Below, one piece after another: positions 32,197 through 43,600 of a stretch of 64,000 bases of DNA. The stretch spans positions 96,001 through 160,000 of the forward strand of contig CAWKHF010000001.1 of assembly GCA_963849325.1 (NCBI GenBank), in the 5' to 3' direction. The translations under genes and the position numbers were made by a program. Every line of letters starts with the position of its first letter. Within the stretch, counting starts at the first letter, position 1. The notes beneath the pieces were generated by a model. The model was not told the DNA's origin and did not search any database. It was given only the letters and a program-made list of their open reading frames with translations. This stretch comes from an uncultured Planctomycetota bacterium (GTDB lineage Bacteria > Planctomycetota > Planctomycetia > Gemmatales > Gemmataceae).

Positions 32197-33345
32197 TTAC
32201 GCGGATGCTCGGGCTACTCGTCTCCGACGCAGCCACCAGCGGAGGAGGAACGCCGGGACGAGCAAGGCCACGACAACGGTGAGGGCGGAAATCACCGGAT
32301 TGGACTCGACGATCACCCACCAACCTTCTCGCCAGTGCGTTCCCACTCGCGGCTCATCGTAATACTTGCGGACGAATTCTTCTTCGGGGTTTTTGCCCTG
32401 CTCGATCCAGGTCAACTCGTCCTGCCGAACCTTCTCGTACCACGCCTCGGCCTCGGCTAACTCTTGCCGGAACGACGCTTCCAATTCCTCCAGCGTCAGC
32501 TCCGAGGGCGTCAACGAGATGTTTAACGGGCTTTTCGTCTGCATGTACAGGGCCGAACGGGCCTTGTTCTGGTACGCCTGCCTGGCCCTCTCGTCGGAGA
32601 CCTCGTAGGACGCCTTCAAATAGGACCGCGCCCCCAACCGCTTGGCATCCGCAGCATTGTTGCGATTGACGAGGAGGTCTGCCAGGGTCTCCAGAAGCAC
32701 CGGTGAGGCGTGGTTGCCGAACCGCATCATGCCCAGGATGCCCTTGACGGCAAGCCACCGATCTTCGGGGTCCAGGGGTGCCTTCTGCTTCGTGTTGAGG
32801 AAGTCGAAGAAGGTGGTGGGAGTTTCTGCCCCGCTCAACGGCAGCGGTGTCATACTACCACGTCGGCGAGTGAGGACGTATTCGACAACGAGCCGTTGAT
32901 ACTTCTCCCGTCCGAAGTGAGCATCGGGGTTGATCCGCAGCGCCTTGTCGATGTGCTCCAATCCCTTCTCCAGCTGGCCATCGTGGATGTAGAAGGTGCC
33001 CAGGTTGGCCTCGGTCTCGTACAGCCCCGATTTCCTACTCTCCTTGTCGAGCATGGTCTCGATGGCTTTCTGGTGCCGGCCGGTCTTGTCGTAGGCGACG
33101 GCCAAATCGTCGTAGAGGGCCGGGTTGTACGGGTCGCTCTCCAGCTTTTGCAAACGGTCGCGGATACGCCATTCATAGAACTCCGTAGAGTGGCGGAGGA
33201 ACTTGCCGGTGATGAGTTCGAGCGTATCGGGGAAATGGCTCCGTTCTTGCAAGAGGGTGTCATAGTCCCACATGCAAGCGAAGACGAGGGATGGAAACAA
33301 CACGCCGGCCAGGGCCAGCGGCACGGATGAGCGGAGCGATAGCAT
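32197..33345 (-). CDS. Exported TPR protein with C-terminal membrane anchor
   Basis: Signal peptide then CMWDYDTL; TPR-like ANLGTFY...ALRINPDAHFGRE; C-terminal TM plus RRRR. Confidence 0.75.
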   Translation of the reverse strand: MLSLRSSVPLALAGVLFPSLVFACMWDYDTLLQERSHFPDTLELITGKFLRHSTEFYEWRIRDRLQKLESDPYNPALYDDLAVAYDKTGRHQKAIETMLDKESRKSGLYETEANLGTFYIHDGQLEKGLEHIDKALRINPDAHFGREKYQRLVVEYVLTRRRGSMTPLPLSGAETPTTFFDFLNTKQKAPLDPEDRWLAVKGILGMMRFGNHASPVLLETLADLLVNRNNAADAKRLGARSYLKASYEVSDERARQAYQNKARSALYMQTKSPLNISLTPSELTLEELEASFRQELAEAEAWYEKVRQDELTWIEQGKNPEEEFVRKYYDEPRVGTHWREGWWVIVESNPVISALTVVVALLVPAFLLRWWLRRRRVARASA

Positions 33346-33573
33346 CGGAGGGCCTCCTCGGGAGGATACGTTGCCGTGATTATGGCAGAACAACGACAAC
33401 AATCAAGCGACGAGAGAGTCCCCATTGCGTAAAGGACAATTTAGATTAAGTTTGTACTTCTAAATCCATGCTATTCATTCCCGGCACCCTTTCTCCTCTA
33501 ACGCCCCTGTTACTCTGGCGTGCGTTTCCGTCGTGGAGTAATTTGGAAATGGATCGTGCCCAAGAGGTTGGAC

Positions 33574-33795
33574 ATGAACGATCATCCGAATCAGCACATA
33601 CGGGAGGCTGTGGATTACGCCCTCGGAAAGGGTTGGCGGCTGGTGAAATCCGGGCCGCGCGCTCATGCTTGGGGACGGTTATACTGCTCGGCGCAAACGC
33701 GGGGCGGCTGCATACTTAGCGTCTACAGCACGCCGCGCGTACCCGAAAACCACGCTCGCTACATTCGTCGTCGCGTCGATGTTTGTCCGCACTAG
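33574..33795 (+). CDS. Small HicA-like putative toxin
   Basis: 73 aa; GWRLVKSG..AH pattern, STP..PENH; GAGG RBS. Confidence 0.55.
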   Translation: MNDHPNQHIREAVDYALGKGWRLVKSGPRAHAWGRLYCSAQTRGGCILSVYSTPRVPENHARYIRRRVDVCPH

Positions 33796-33824
33796 CCCCC
33801 GGATGGGGCCAAGGAGTGACGCTT

Positions 33825-34082
33825 ATGAAGACTTACGAATTTGACGTCGTCTTGAGGGATGTATCGGAGGTGACCGACGACCAGGCGGATAGACTGTTCG
33901 CGGCCGGTTGCGACGATGGCACGCCGGCTGCCTGCGCGGGCGTGGCCTGGATTCATTTCGACCGGGAAGCAACCTCGCTGGAAGAGGCGATTTTCTTGGC
34001 CGTCGCGCAGGTTCAAGCGGCCGGGTTGGTGGTGTCCAAAGTGGAGTTGGACGCGGACGCGGCGGTGTCCCTGGGGGCGTAA
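33825..34082 (+). CDS. Small acidic HicB-like putative antitoxin
   Basis: 85 aa, acidic; FDREATSLEEAI..A pattern; AAGGAG RBS. Confidence 0.55.
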   Translation: MKTYEFDVVLRDVSEVTDDQADRLFAAGCDDGTPAACAGVAWIHFDREATSLEEAIFLAVAQVQAAGLVVSKVELDADAAVSLGA

Positions 34083-34094
34083 ACGACGCCGCTA

Positions 34095-35141
34095 TTATTG
34101 GGGTGGTACGAAATCCGCCATCCACAGCTGCGACGGCTGCCGGCCGTCTCGCGTCGAGGTCCACATAATCTTCCTGCCGTCGCGGCTGAACACCGGCAGC
34201 ACGTCGGTCCCCGGAGCGAAGGTCAACCGGACCTTGTTGGGAAGAGGCCTGGAGTCTTCTGATTTTTCGTCAATGTCCATCCAGTAAAGGTCATAATTCG
34301 GCCGGCCGGGCACGGCATGGTTGGCGCCGGCGTAGACGATGTGCCGGCTGTCCTTGTACCAGTACGGTCCCCACTGCACCCAGTTCAGGTCGTCCGTCAG
34401 CGCCCGCTCGCCGCTGCCGTCGGCGTTGATGACGAAGAGTTGCAGGTGGTCCTTCTTTTTGCGGTCGCTGCGGAAGATGACGCGCCGGCCGTCGGGCGAG
34501 AAGAATGGACCACCGTTGTAGCAGCCGGGTGCGTGCGTCAATTGGCGGACGTTGCGGCCGTCGCGGTCCATGACGTACAGCTCGAAGTTTTCCGGGCCGC
34601 TGCGGTTGGAGCAAAAGACGATGTGCCGGCCATCGGGCGAATAACTGCCCTCGGCATCGTAGCCGGGCGCGTCGGTCAGGCGCTTCAGCTCCGTGCCATC
34701 GGGGTTGGACTCGAAGATGTCGAGGTGTGGATCGAAGTCCCATTTGTAGCGGCGGCGCTTGCCCGACTGGCGATCCTCTTCGCGCTGGCGGTATTCTGCG
34801 TCGTACTGCATTTTGGCGTCCGGGTCGAGATGACTGCTGGCGAAGATTATCTTCTTGCCATCGGGCGAGAAGTAAGAGCAAGTGGTCTTGCCGACGCCGG
34901 GACTGACGCGGCGGGCGCGGCCGGTCTCCAGGTCCTGGACGAAGATTTGATAGAAGGGATTGCCGCTGTCCTTCTCCTCGGCCTGGAAGATGACCCGCTT
35001 GCCGTCGGGTGAGAAGTAGCCCTCGCCGGCGCGAACGAAGTCACGCGTCACCGGACGGACGTGGCGCAGGTGGACGGACTCGGCTTGTTGCCAGTCGGCC
35101 GGTTCGGCGGCGAGCAGGGAGAAGACCAGCCAGGCGTACAT
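34095..35141 (-). CDS. TolB-like PD40-repeat beta-propeller protein
   Basis: Repeated FSPDG...F.S.R motifs. Confidence 0.88.
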   Translation of the reverse strand: MYAWLVFSLLAAEPADWQQAESVHLRHVRPVTRDFVRAGEGYFSPDGKRVIFQAEEKDSGNPFYQIFVQDLETGRARRVSPGVGKTTCSYFSPDGKKIIFASSHLDPDAKMQYDAEYRQREEDRQSGKRRRYKWDFDPHLDIFESNPDGTELKRLTDAPGYDAEGSYSPDGRHIVFCSNRSGPENFELYVMDRDGRNVRQLTHAPGCYNGGPFFSPDGRRVIFRSDRKKKDHLQLFVINADGSGERALTDDLNWVQWGPYWYKDSRHIVYAGANHAVPGRPNYDLYWMDIDEKSEDSRPLPNKVRLTFAPGTDVLPVFSRDGRKIMWTSTRDGRQPSQLWMADFVPPQ

Positions 35142-35258
35142 GCGCGTGCTCCTTTACGGTCAGGCTCTTGAATGCGGCGGCGGTTTCCTCCACCATTATA
35201 GGAGAAAGCCCCTCCACCCGAATGGGCAGCGACGGGACAACACGGGAGCGACCAACGG

Positions 35259-35405
35259 ATGGCACCCTTTCTGCGCGGCGTGTGGGCGGATGAGCAGCCG
35301 GGAGCGCCGCTGATCGGCAACAATAGCCTGTTCTACAGCGTGGCCGGCGGCGTTCTGCTGGCGCTGCTGCTGTTGTTCCGCTGGGTGCGCCGCGGTCGGG
35401 AGTGA
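35259..35405 (+). CDS. 48-aa small membrane protein (not in the ORF track)
   Basis: MAPFLRGVWADEQPGAPLIGNNSLFYSVAGGVLLALLLLFRWVRRGRE; GGGAG RBS; stop 7 nt before the next ATG. Confidence 0.55.
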   Translation: MAPFLRGVWADEQPGAPLIGNNSLFYSVAGGVLLALLLLFRWVRRGRE

Positions 35406-35412
35406 GCCGCTG

Positions 35413-36072
35413 ATGATGGATGAATTGCGTACACGACTGGCACCGCTGACGGATTGGATACCGCCTGAGCTGCGCGACCGGCTCGACGTGGAAGTCTGGT
35501 GGTTGATCTTTCTCGCCGTTGGTCTGCTGCTGTTGCTATTCGTCGGCCTGTTCCTGCGCAGCCTGATGCGATCCGTCTTCCGTCGCCGAGGTCCGGCGGC
35601 GCCCTGGGACCGCGAGCTGCGCGAGGATCTCGACGCGTGCCCACTCCCGGCGCGGCCTCCCGGCGACCGCATCCTGTACGCCTACCATCTGCCGGTACGG
35701 CTGCGACTGGTCATCGTGGCGGGGTCCGGCAAGGAGGCGGACGTGGACGCCACGGCCATCGAGAAACTGCTGGACCGCATCGTGCCCGGCCTGGGAGGCA
35801 TTGCCGCGCGCGATCGGCCGCGCATCCGTGTCTGGCCGCCGCAGTTGAGCCAGCAAGGTTTCCTGGCCACCTTCCATCGCTGTACGCCGCGGCCCGAGCC
35901 GGACGGCGAACCGTCGCGCTGGCTGCTGATCGCCGGTCGGGCGCTGCTGGGCCGACAACCCGTCCTCCTCGGTCTGGGGCTGTGGGCGGATGAACCTCAC
36001 ACCCTCGGCCGTGTCCATCTGGAGCCGCACCAGTGGCTCGACGTGTTGCGGTTGCGTTCCGTCTCGGCGTGA
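35413..36072 (+). CDS. Hypothetical protein with N-terminal transmembrane helix
   Basis: 219-aa ORF with one TM followed by a basic stretch; tight operon spacing. Confidence 0.7.
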   Translation: MMDELRTRLAPLTDWIPPELRDRLDVEVWWLIFLAVGLLLLLFVGLFLRSLMRSVFRRRGPAAPWDRELREDLDACPLPARPPGDRILYAYHLPVRLRLVIVAGSGKEADVDATAIEKLLDRIVPGLGGIAARDRPRIRVWPPQLSQQGFLATFHRCTPRPEPDGEPSRWLLIAGRALLGRQPVLLGLGLWADEPHTLGRVHLEPHQWLDVLRLRSVSA

Positions 36073-36085
36073 GCGATCCTCCATC

Positions 36086-37402
36086 ATGGAATTGCGCCTC
36101 GATCATCTGCTGCGGAAGTTGCGCGAGCAACCCGTCCCCATCCTCGAAGCCATCGACCGCGATCCGATGCTGCTCAAGCGCACGAGCGGCCCTCTCGTGC
36201 TGGCCAACGCCAGTCAGGCGTTGTACACACCGCAGCAGGAGCATCAGCTCTACGCCAAGGGTATCGTTTATCGCCGCGATCCCTACCGCCTCGTGTCGCT
36301 GCCGCTGGTCAAGATCTACAACCTCGGCGAGCGTAACGTCACCATCGCCGACCTGGCCGCGCTGACGGACGAGCCACAGGTGCGCCTGCGCTTCCTGCGC
36401 AAAATCGACGGCTCGCTGGTGCAGATCTTCCGCCACGATGGCCGCGTCTGGTTCACGACGCGCGGCCTGATCTCGGAAGAAGGGACTAGGGGCGAGGGAA
36501 TAGGGACTAGGGAAGAAACCTCTTCCCTAGTCCCTATTCCCTATTCCCTATTCCCTTCTTCTTTCGATTATCTCGGCGCCGCTCGCCGCCTCGCCGCCCA
36601 GCGCTATCCGCGCCTGCTCGACGACGCCCGGTTGCTCGACGGCCGCACGCTGATCTTTGAATTGATCCATCCGGCCGTGCAAAAGGTGACGAGCTATGGC
36701 CCACGGATGGACCTCATTCTCTTGGCCTGCCTGGACGTGCGCCGCCTGGCCTACGCTGCCTACCCGGAGGTCGCCGCACTGGCCGAAGCTCATGGCTTGA
36801 CCGTGGTGGACGCGCTGACGCCGGCCGGGGCAACGCTGGCCGAGCAGATCGAAAGCCTGTTGGCGGCGCTGGCCGGCACCGACCAGGAAGGCAGCGTCCT
36901 CCAGTTCGAGCGCCCCGACGAAGTTATCTACCGCGTCAAGGTGAAATCGCCCGCCTATCTCCGCCTGATGCGAGCGATGGCGGAATGCACCTACGAGCGC
37001 CTGGCCGCGCTCCTTGACGAGCATCCGCACCGGGCGAGCTGGGCGGAAGTGGAGGCACTGCTGAAAGAGCGAGGCCGCGAAGAGGTACCGGAAGAGGTGC
37101 TGGCGTTTTATCGGCCGCATTACGAACGCTACACCGCCTACCTCGCCGACTGCGACCGACTGCGGCAGTGGGCCGAACAGGTGTACGGTCAGCTCGAAAA
37201 ACAACTCGGCGATCGGGAGGACCGAGGCACGCCAGCGTATCGCAAGGCGTTCGCCGCCCTGGTCGGAGCGTATCCGTATGCCGGTCTTCTCTTCGCCGCC
37301 CTGGACGGACGACTGGACCGGCAGCGTGTCCGCCAAATGGTCCGCGATCCGGAGCAAGCTCGACGGGCCTTGCGGGCCGTGGAGCAATCTTTCGGAGCCT
37401 GA
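36086..37402 (+). CDS. ATP-dependent RNA ligase-like nucleotidyltransferase (T4 Rnl1-like)
   Basis: KIYNLGE, motif I KIDGSL, FELIHP, EGSVL, motif V RVKVKS. Confidence 0.8.
   Translation: MELRLDHLLRKLREQPVPILEAIDRDPMLLKRTSGPLVLANASQALYTPQQEHQLYAKGIVYRRDPYRLVSLPLVKIYNLGERNVTIADLAALTDEPQVRLRFLRKIDGSLVQIFRHDGRVWFTTRGLISEEGTRGEGIGTREETSSLVPIPYSLFPSSFDYLGAARRLAAQRYPRLLDDARLLDGRTLIFELIHPAVQKVTSYGPRMDLILLACLDVRRLAYAAYPEVAALAEAHGLTVVDALTPAGATLAEQIESLLAALAGTDQEGSVLQFERPDEVIYRVKVKSPAYLRLMRAMAECTYERLAALLDEHPHRASWAEVEALLKERGREEVPEEVLAFYRPHYERYTAYLADCDRLRQWAEQVYGQLEKQLGDREDRGTPAYRKAFAALVGAYPYAGLLFAALDGRLDRQRVRQMVRDPEQARRALRAVEQSFGA
36476..36561. repeat. Inverted heptamer hairpin (AGGGACT/AGGGAAT) inside the ligase CDS
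   Basis: Same unit as 3196-3309; reading frame stays open. Confidence 0.9.
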
Positions 37403-37461
37403 AGCGTAAGCGAAGAGACGGCAACCTTCGGTTGCCGTCTCTTCGCTTACGCTTCAGGCTC
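37395..37461. repeat. REP-like palindrome, family B; contains the ligase stop codon
   Basis: Perfect arms with a TTCG loop. Confidence 0.9.
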
Positions 37462-37609
37462 GGACAAGCGTTCGTTTGTTCCGGCACTCGGAGAGGCAAA
37501 CCATGAGGCCGGTTGCCTCGTCTATTCCAGGGGGCGGTTCTCCGACGCGCGGGCGGAGATACTGCCTTCACGGTACGGAACGCTACCTTCGGTCAAGGGT
37601 GGGACGAAC

Positions 37610-40600
37610 ATGCACGGCAAACGGGCGTCGATCGTTCTCGGTGTTACGCTGGCTTTCGTGTCGGCGGGGTCTGGCTGTCGGCCGCGGATCGGCCGGCGCC
37701 GGCGCGGCGAGACAACCTCATGAAGACCTTCCATGCGGGCAATTTCAAGGACGCCTACGACGGTCTGCGCAAGCTGGCCCTCGACCCCAAGGACGACCCG
37801 GCCAAGGTCGGCGACGATCTCCGGACCGGCCATCACCTGCCTGCAACGGCTGGGCCGCTCCGACGAGATCGACGACTTCCGCGAGGCCGTCATCGACGCC
37901 CACAAGAAGAACTGGCGGCTGCTGGAGACGGCCGCCGAGACGCTACGCCAGCAACCAGATGGAGCATTCGGCTTCATCGTGGCCGGCAAGTTCTATCGCG
38001 GCCACAAGCACGGCGGCGGCCGCTACGTCGGCACGATGGAGCGCGACCGCGTCCGCGCCCTGCAACTGATGCAGCAGGCACTTGCCGTTGACAGCCAAGG
38101 AGAACGACAAGCCCGCCCTGGCTCGCTTCCACCTGCACTTCGCCCAACTGCTGCTCCACGGCGCCGGCTGGCACGACGCCTGGCGGCTGCAATACCTCAC
38201 CGACCTCAGCAAACTGCCCGACTACGAGGAGGGCTATTTCTGGAATCGCGGCGACACGCGCGGCGCACCGGTCGATGCCAAGGGCGATCCGATCTACTAC
38301 CACGTGCCCAAGAGCTACGAGGCGGCCGCCAAGCGACGGCGAACGCTGGCGCTGGATGCTGTCGCAGGCGGCCGAGTTCGATCCGGCCCGCGTCGGCGAG
38401 GTCGACATGCAGCTGGCCAACTTCTTCCGCTCGCAGTTCGGCGTGCAGACGATGGCGCAGTTCGGCTACGGTTTCCGCGGCGACGCCAACGGCGACAAGA
38501 AGAGCGGCACCTTCGCCCTGCACACGCTCAAGGACGACGAGACCATCGCCAAGCTGGCCACCGGCATCAAGCGCTTCACGCTGCCCGACGAGTTCAACTG
38601 GATCAAGATCGACGAGCGCGTCGCCGGCCGCGGCAAGAGCCAGCCCGGCGAGCAGGCCCGCGACCTGCTCGCCCAGGAATACGAGGATCGCCGCCAGTAC
38701 GTCAAGGCGGCCGAGGCGTGGAAGAAGGCCATCGAGGAGTACGGCGCCGGCCACGACGAGTTCCGCCAGAAACGGCTCGACCAGATCGTCGGCAACTGGG
38801 GCCGCTTCGAGCCGGGCGCAGATGCAGCCGGCCGGCAAGAAGGCCATCGTCGATTTCCGCTTCCGCAACGGCAAGAAGGTGTCCTTCGAGGCCCACGCCA
38901 TCAAGGTCGACAAGCTGCTCGACGACGTGAAGGCCTACCTCAAGAGCAACCCCGGCCAACTCGACTGGCAGCACGATGAACATCGGCAACATCGGCTATC
39001 GCCTTGTCGAGCAGAACCAGCAGCAGTACCTCGGCGACAAGGTCGCCGCCTGGGACGTGGACCTGAAGCCGCGTCCGGCCCACGTCGATGACCGCATCAC
39101 GGTCACGACGCCGCTGGACAAGCCGGGGGCCTACCTGCTGACGGCGACGATGGAGGGCGGCAACGTCAGCCGCATCATCGTCTGGGTCAGCGACACCGTC
39201 ATCGTCAAGAAGCAGCTCGACGGCCAGACGTATTACTACGTCGCCGACGCCGTCACCGGCCAGCCGATCGCCAAGGCCGACGTCGAGTTCTTCGGCTGGC
39301 AGCAGCAGCTAGTGCAGCCCAATCCGAACCGCTGGCGCGTCGATACCACCGCCTTCAACGACAGCACCGACGCCGACGGCCAGATCATCGTCGGTCAGGC
39401 GAAACTGCCGCAGGACCACCAATGGCTCATCACCGCCCGCAAGGCGAAGGCCGGCGCCAACGGCGCCGACCGCTTCGCCTACCTCGGCTTCACCGGCATC
39501 TGGTACGGCCGGACATTACGACCCCGAGTACAACGCCGACCAAGGTGTTCACCATCACCGATCGGCCGGTGTATCGGCCGGAGCAGAAGGTGCAGTTCAA
39601 GGCGTGGATCGAGCACGCCAAGTACGACCAGGCCGACAACTCCGCCTTCGCCGACCAGGCGTTCCCGGTCCGCATCCACAACCCGAGGGCGAGAAAGTCC
39701 TCGAGAAGAACTTCACGACCGACGACTACGGCGGCCTGGCCGGCGAGTTCCCGCTGTCCAAGGGCGTCATGCTCGGCGTCTACTCGCTCCAGGTCTGCGA
39801 TCCGCCGGCAACCGAATCTTGGCGGCGGCAACTTCCGCGTCGAGGAGTACAAGAAGCCGGAATTCGAGGTAAGGTCGAGGCGCCGAAGGAGCCGGTGCGC
39901 CTGGGCGAGAAGATCACGCCACCATCAAGGCGAAGTATTACTTCGGCGCGCCGGTCGACGCAGCGCCAAGGTCAAGTACAAGGTGCTGCGTACCAGCTAC
40001 AGCAACCGCTGGTATCCGACGCGGCAACTGGGACTGGTTCTACGGCGCCGGCTACTGGTGGTTCGCCGCCGACTATCCCTGGTATCCCGGCTGGCGCGAG
40101 TGGGGCTGCAAGCGTCCCGTGCCCATCCTGGTGGGGCCGCGGACAGGAACCGCCGGAGGTCGTGCTGGAAAACGAGGTCGAGATCGGCGCCGACGGCACC
40201 GTGAAGATCGCCATCGACACCGCGCCGGCCAAGGAACTGCACGGCGACCAGGACCACCAGTACTCGATCACGGCCGAAGTGGTGGACGAGTCGCGCCGCA
40301 CCATCGTCGGCACCGGCAACGTGCTGGTGGCCCGCAAGCCGTTCCAGGTCTTCGCCTGGCTCGATCGCGGCTACTACCGCGCCGGCGACACGGTGAAGGC
40401 CAGCTTCCGCGCCCAGACGCTGGACCGGAAGCCGGTCGAGGGCAAGGGCGAGCTGACGCTGTTACCGCATCACCTACGACGAGAACAACAAGCCGGTCGA
40501 GAAGGCGGTGCAGACGTGGAAGCTGGACACCGACGCCGAGGGCAAGGCCAGCCAGCAGGTCAAGGCCGCCGAGCCGGGCCAGTATCGGCTCTCGTACAAG

Positions 40601-43600
40601 CTGACCGACGCCAAGCAGCACACCATCGAGGGCGGCTACGTCTTCGTGGTCCGCGGCGAGGGTTTCGACGGCCGCGATTTCCGCTTCAACGACATCGAAC
40701 TGGTCACCGACAAGCGCGAGTACGCGCCGGGCGACAAGGTCAAGCTGCTCATCAACACCAACCGCAACGACGGCGTCGTGCTGCTGTTCGTGCGGCCGAC
40801 CAACGGCGTCTACCTGCCGCCGCGCGTGCTGCGCCTGCAAGGGCAAGAGCATCGAGCAGGAGATCGCCGTCGTGCAGAAGGACATGCCCAACTTCTTCGT
40901 CGAGGCGGTGACGGTGGCCGACGGCCAGGTCCATACGGAGGTGCGCGAGGTCGTCGTGCCGCCCGAAAAGCGCGTGCTGAACGTGGAGGTGCAGCCGTCG
41001 CAGCAGGAGTACAAGCCCGGCCAGAAGGCGACGGTGAAGGTCAAGCTGACCGACTTCTTCGGCAAGCCGTTCGTCGGCTCGACGGTGCTGAGCGTCTACG
41101 ACAAGAGCGTGGAGTACATCTCCGGCGGCTCGAACGTGCCGGAGATCCGCGAGTTCTTCTGGAAGTGGCGGCGACATCACTATCCGCAGACCGAATCGAG
41201 CCTCGGGCACTGGCTGGGCAACCTGCTGCGGCAGCGGCGAGATCGGCATGTCCAACCTCGGCGTGTTCGGCGCGACGGTCGTGGAGGAATCGGCGAAGGA
41301 AGCGGACAGCAAGGCTGAACGGCAGTCGCTTCGGAAGGAGGATCGCCTCCTGGGCCGCGCCGGCGGCAAGCCCGCCGCCGCTCCGCGAGGAGCCGCGGCA
41401 GGTTTCGCCGCTGGCGGCCAAGGCGGAGCACGCCCGTCGAGGCCTGGACCGCGATGCGAACGCCGCCGACAAGAAAGCCGATGGCCAGAATCGGGCGCCG
41501 GATGAGGCGCGGCCAGCCGCCCCAGCGGAGCGGGCCGGCGCCGGCCGTCCGCAAGAACTTCGCCGACACCGCGTTCTGGGCCGCCTCGCTGACCACCGAC
41601 AAGGACGGCCTGGCCGAGGTCACGCTGACCATGCCGGAGAACCTCACCGCCTGGAAGGTCAAGGTCTGGGCGATGGGCGACGGCACCCGCGTCGGCCAGG
41701 GCGAGGCCGAGGTCGTCACCAAGAAGAACCTCCTCGTCCGCCTGCAGGCGCCGCGCTTCTTCGTGCAGAAGGACGAGGTCGTCCTGTCGGCCAACGTCCA
41801 CAACTATTTGAAGTCCGACAAGATGGTGAATGTCTCGCTGGAGCTGGAGGGCGGCACGCTGTCCGCCACCGGCGCGATGACGCGACAGGTGCGCATCCCC
41901 GCCGGCGGCGAGCAGCGCGTCGATTGGCGCGTCAAGGTGACGGGCGAGGGCGACGCCATCGTCCGCATGAAGGCCGTCACCGACGAGGAATCCGACGCCA
42001 TGCAGATGCTCTTCCCCTGCTACGTCCACGGCATGCTCAAGACCGATTCCTTCTCCGGCGTCGTCCGCCCCGAGACAGAAGTCCGGCCGTGTCGTCTTCC
42101 ACGTCCCGGCCGAGCGCCGCATCAACGAGACGCGTGCTGGAAGTGCGCTACTCGCCGACGCTGGCCGGCGCCATGGTCGATGCCCTGCCGTACCTGGTCG
42201 AGTATCCCTACGGCTGCACCGAGCAGACGCTCAACCGCTTCCTGCCGACGGTCATCACGCAGCGCATCCTGCAAGGGATGAAGCTGGACCTGAAGGACAT
42301 CGAGAAGAAGCGGACCAACCTCAACGCCCAGGAGATCGGCGACGACAAGAAGCGCGCCGAGGGCTGGAAGCGTTATGAGCGCAACCCGGTCTTCGACGAG
42401 GACGAGGTGCGCCGCATGGCCGAGGCGGGCGTGCAGGCGCTGGCCGGCATGCAGTGCGGCGACGGCGGCTGGGGCTGGTTCTCCGGCTTCGGCGAGCACT
42501 CCTGGCCGCACACCACGGCCGTGGTCGTCCACGGCCTGCAGATCGCCAAGCAGAACGACGTCGCCCTGCCGCCCGGCATGCTCGAGCGCGGCGTCGCCTG
42601 GCTCAAGAACTACCAGGCCGAGCAGGTGCAGACGCTTGCAGAACGCCCCGGCCAAGGTGCATCCCTGGAAGGAGCACGCCGACAACCTCGACGCCCTGGT
42701 CTACATGGTCCTGGTCGACGCCGGCGTCCATGAACAACGACATGCGCGAGTTCCTGTACCGCGATCGCACGAGTTGGCCGTCTACGCCAAGGCGATGTTC
42801 GGCCTGGCCCTGCACAAGGAGCAGCAGGCCGAGAAGCTGGCCATGATCCTCAAGAACATCGAGCAGTTCGTCGTCCAGGACGAGGAGAACCAGACGGCGT
42901 ACCTGCGCTGCCGGCCAACAATCCCTGGTGGTACTGGTACGGCAGCGAGATCGAGGCCGACGCCTACTACCTCAAGCTGCTGGCGCGCACCAACCCCAAG
43001 GACGGCAAGGCCGCCGGGCTGGTCAAGTACCTGCTCAACAACCGCAAGCACGCGACCTACTGGAACAGCACGCGCGACACGGCCATCTGCATCGAGGCGA
43101 TGGCCGAGTATCTCAAGGCCAGCGGCGAGGACCGGCCCGGACATGACCGTCGAGGTCTGGCTCGACGGCAAGATGTACAAGGAGGTCAAGATCGACGCCG
43201 CGAACCTGTTCAGCTTCGACAACAAGTTTGTGCTGAAGGGCGACGCCGTCGAGTCCGGCAAGCACGCGCTGGAGATCACGGCGAAAGGGCACCGGCCCGG
43301 TCTACTTCAACGCCTACCTGACCAACTTCACGCTGGAGGACTTCATCACCAAGGCCGGCCTGGAGGTGAAGGTCAACCGCAAGTATTACAAGCTGACCCG
43401 CGTGGACAAGCCACGGTCAAGGTGTCCGGCGCGCGCGGCCAGGCGCTCGACCAGAAGGTCGAGAAGTACAAGCGGACGGAGCTGCCGAACCTGTCGGCGC
43501 TCAAGAGCGGCGACCTGGTCGAGGTCGAGCTGGAGATCGACAGCAAGAACGATTACGAGTACCTGATCTTCGAGGATCCCAAGGCCGCCGGCTTCGAGCC

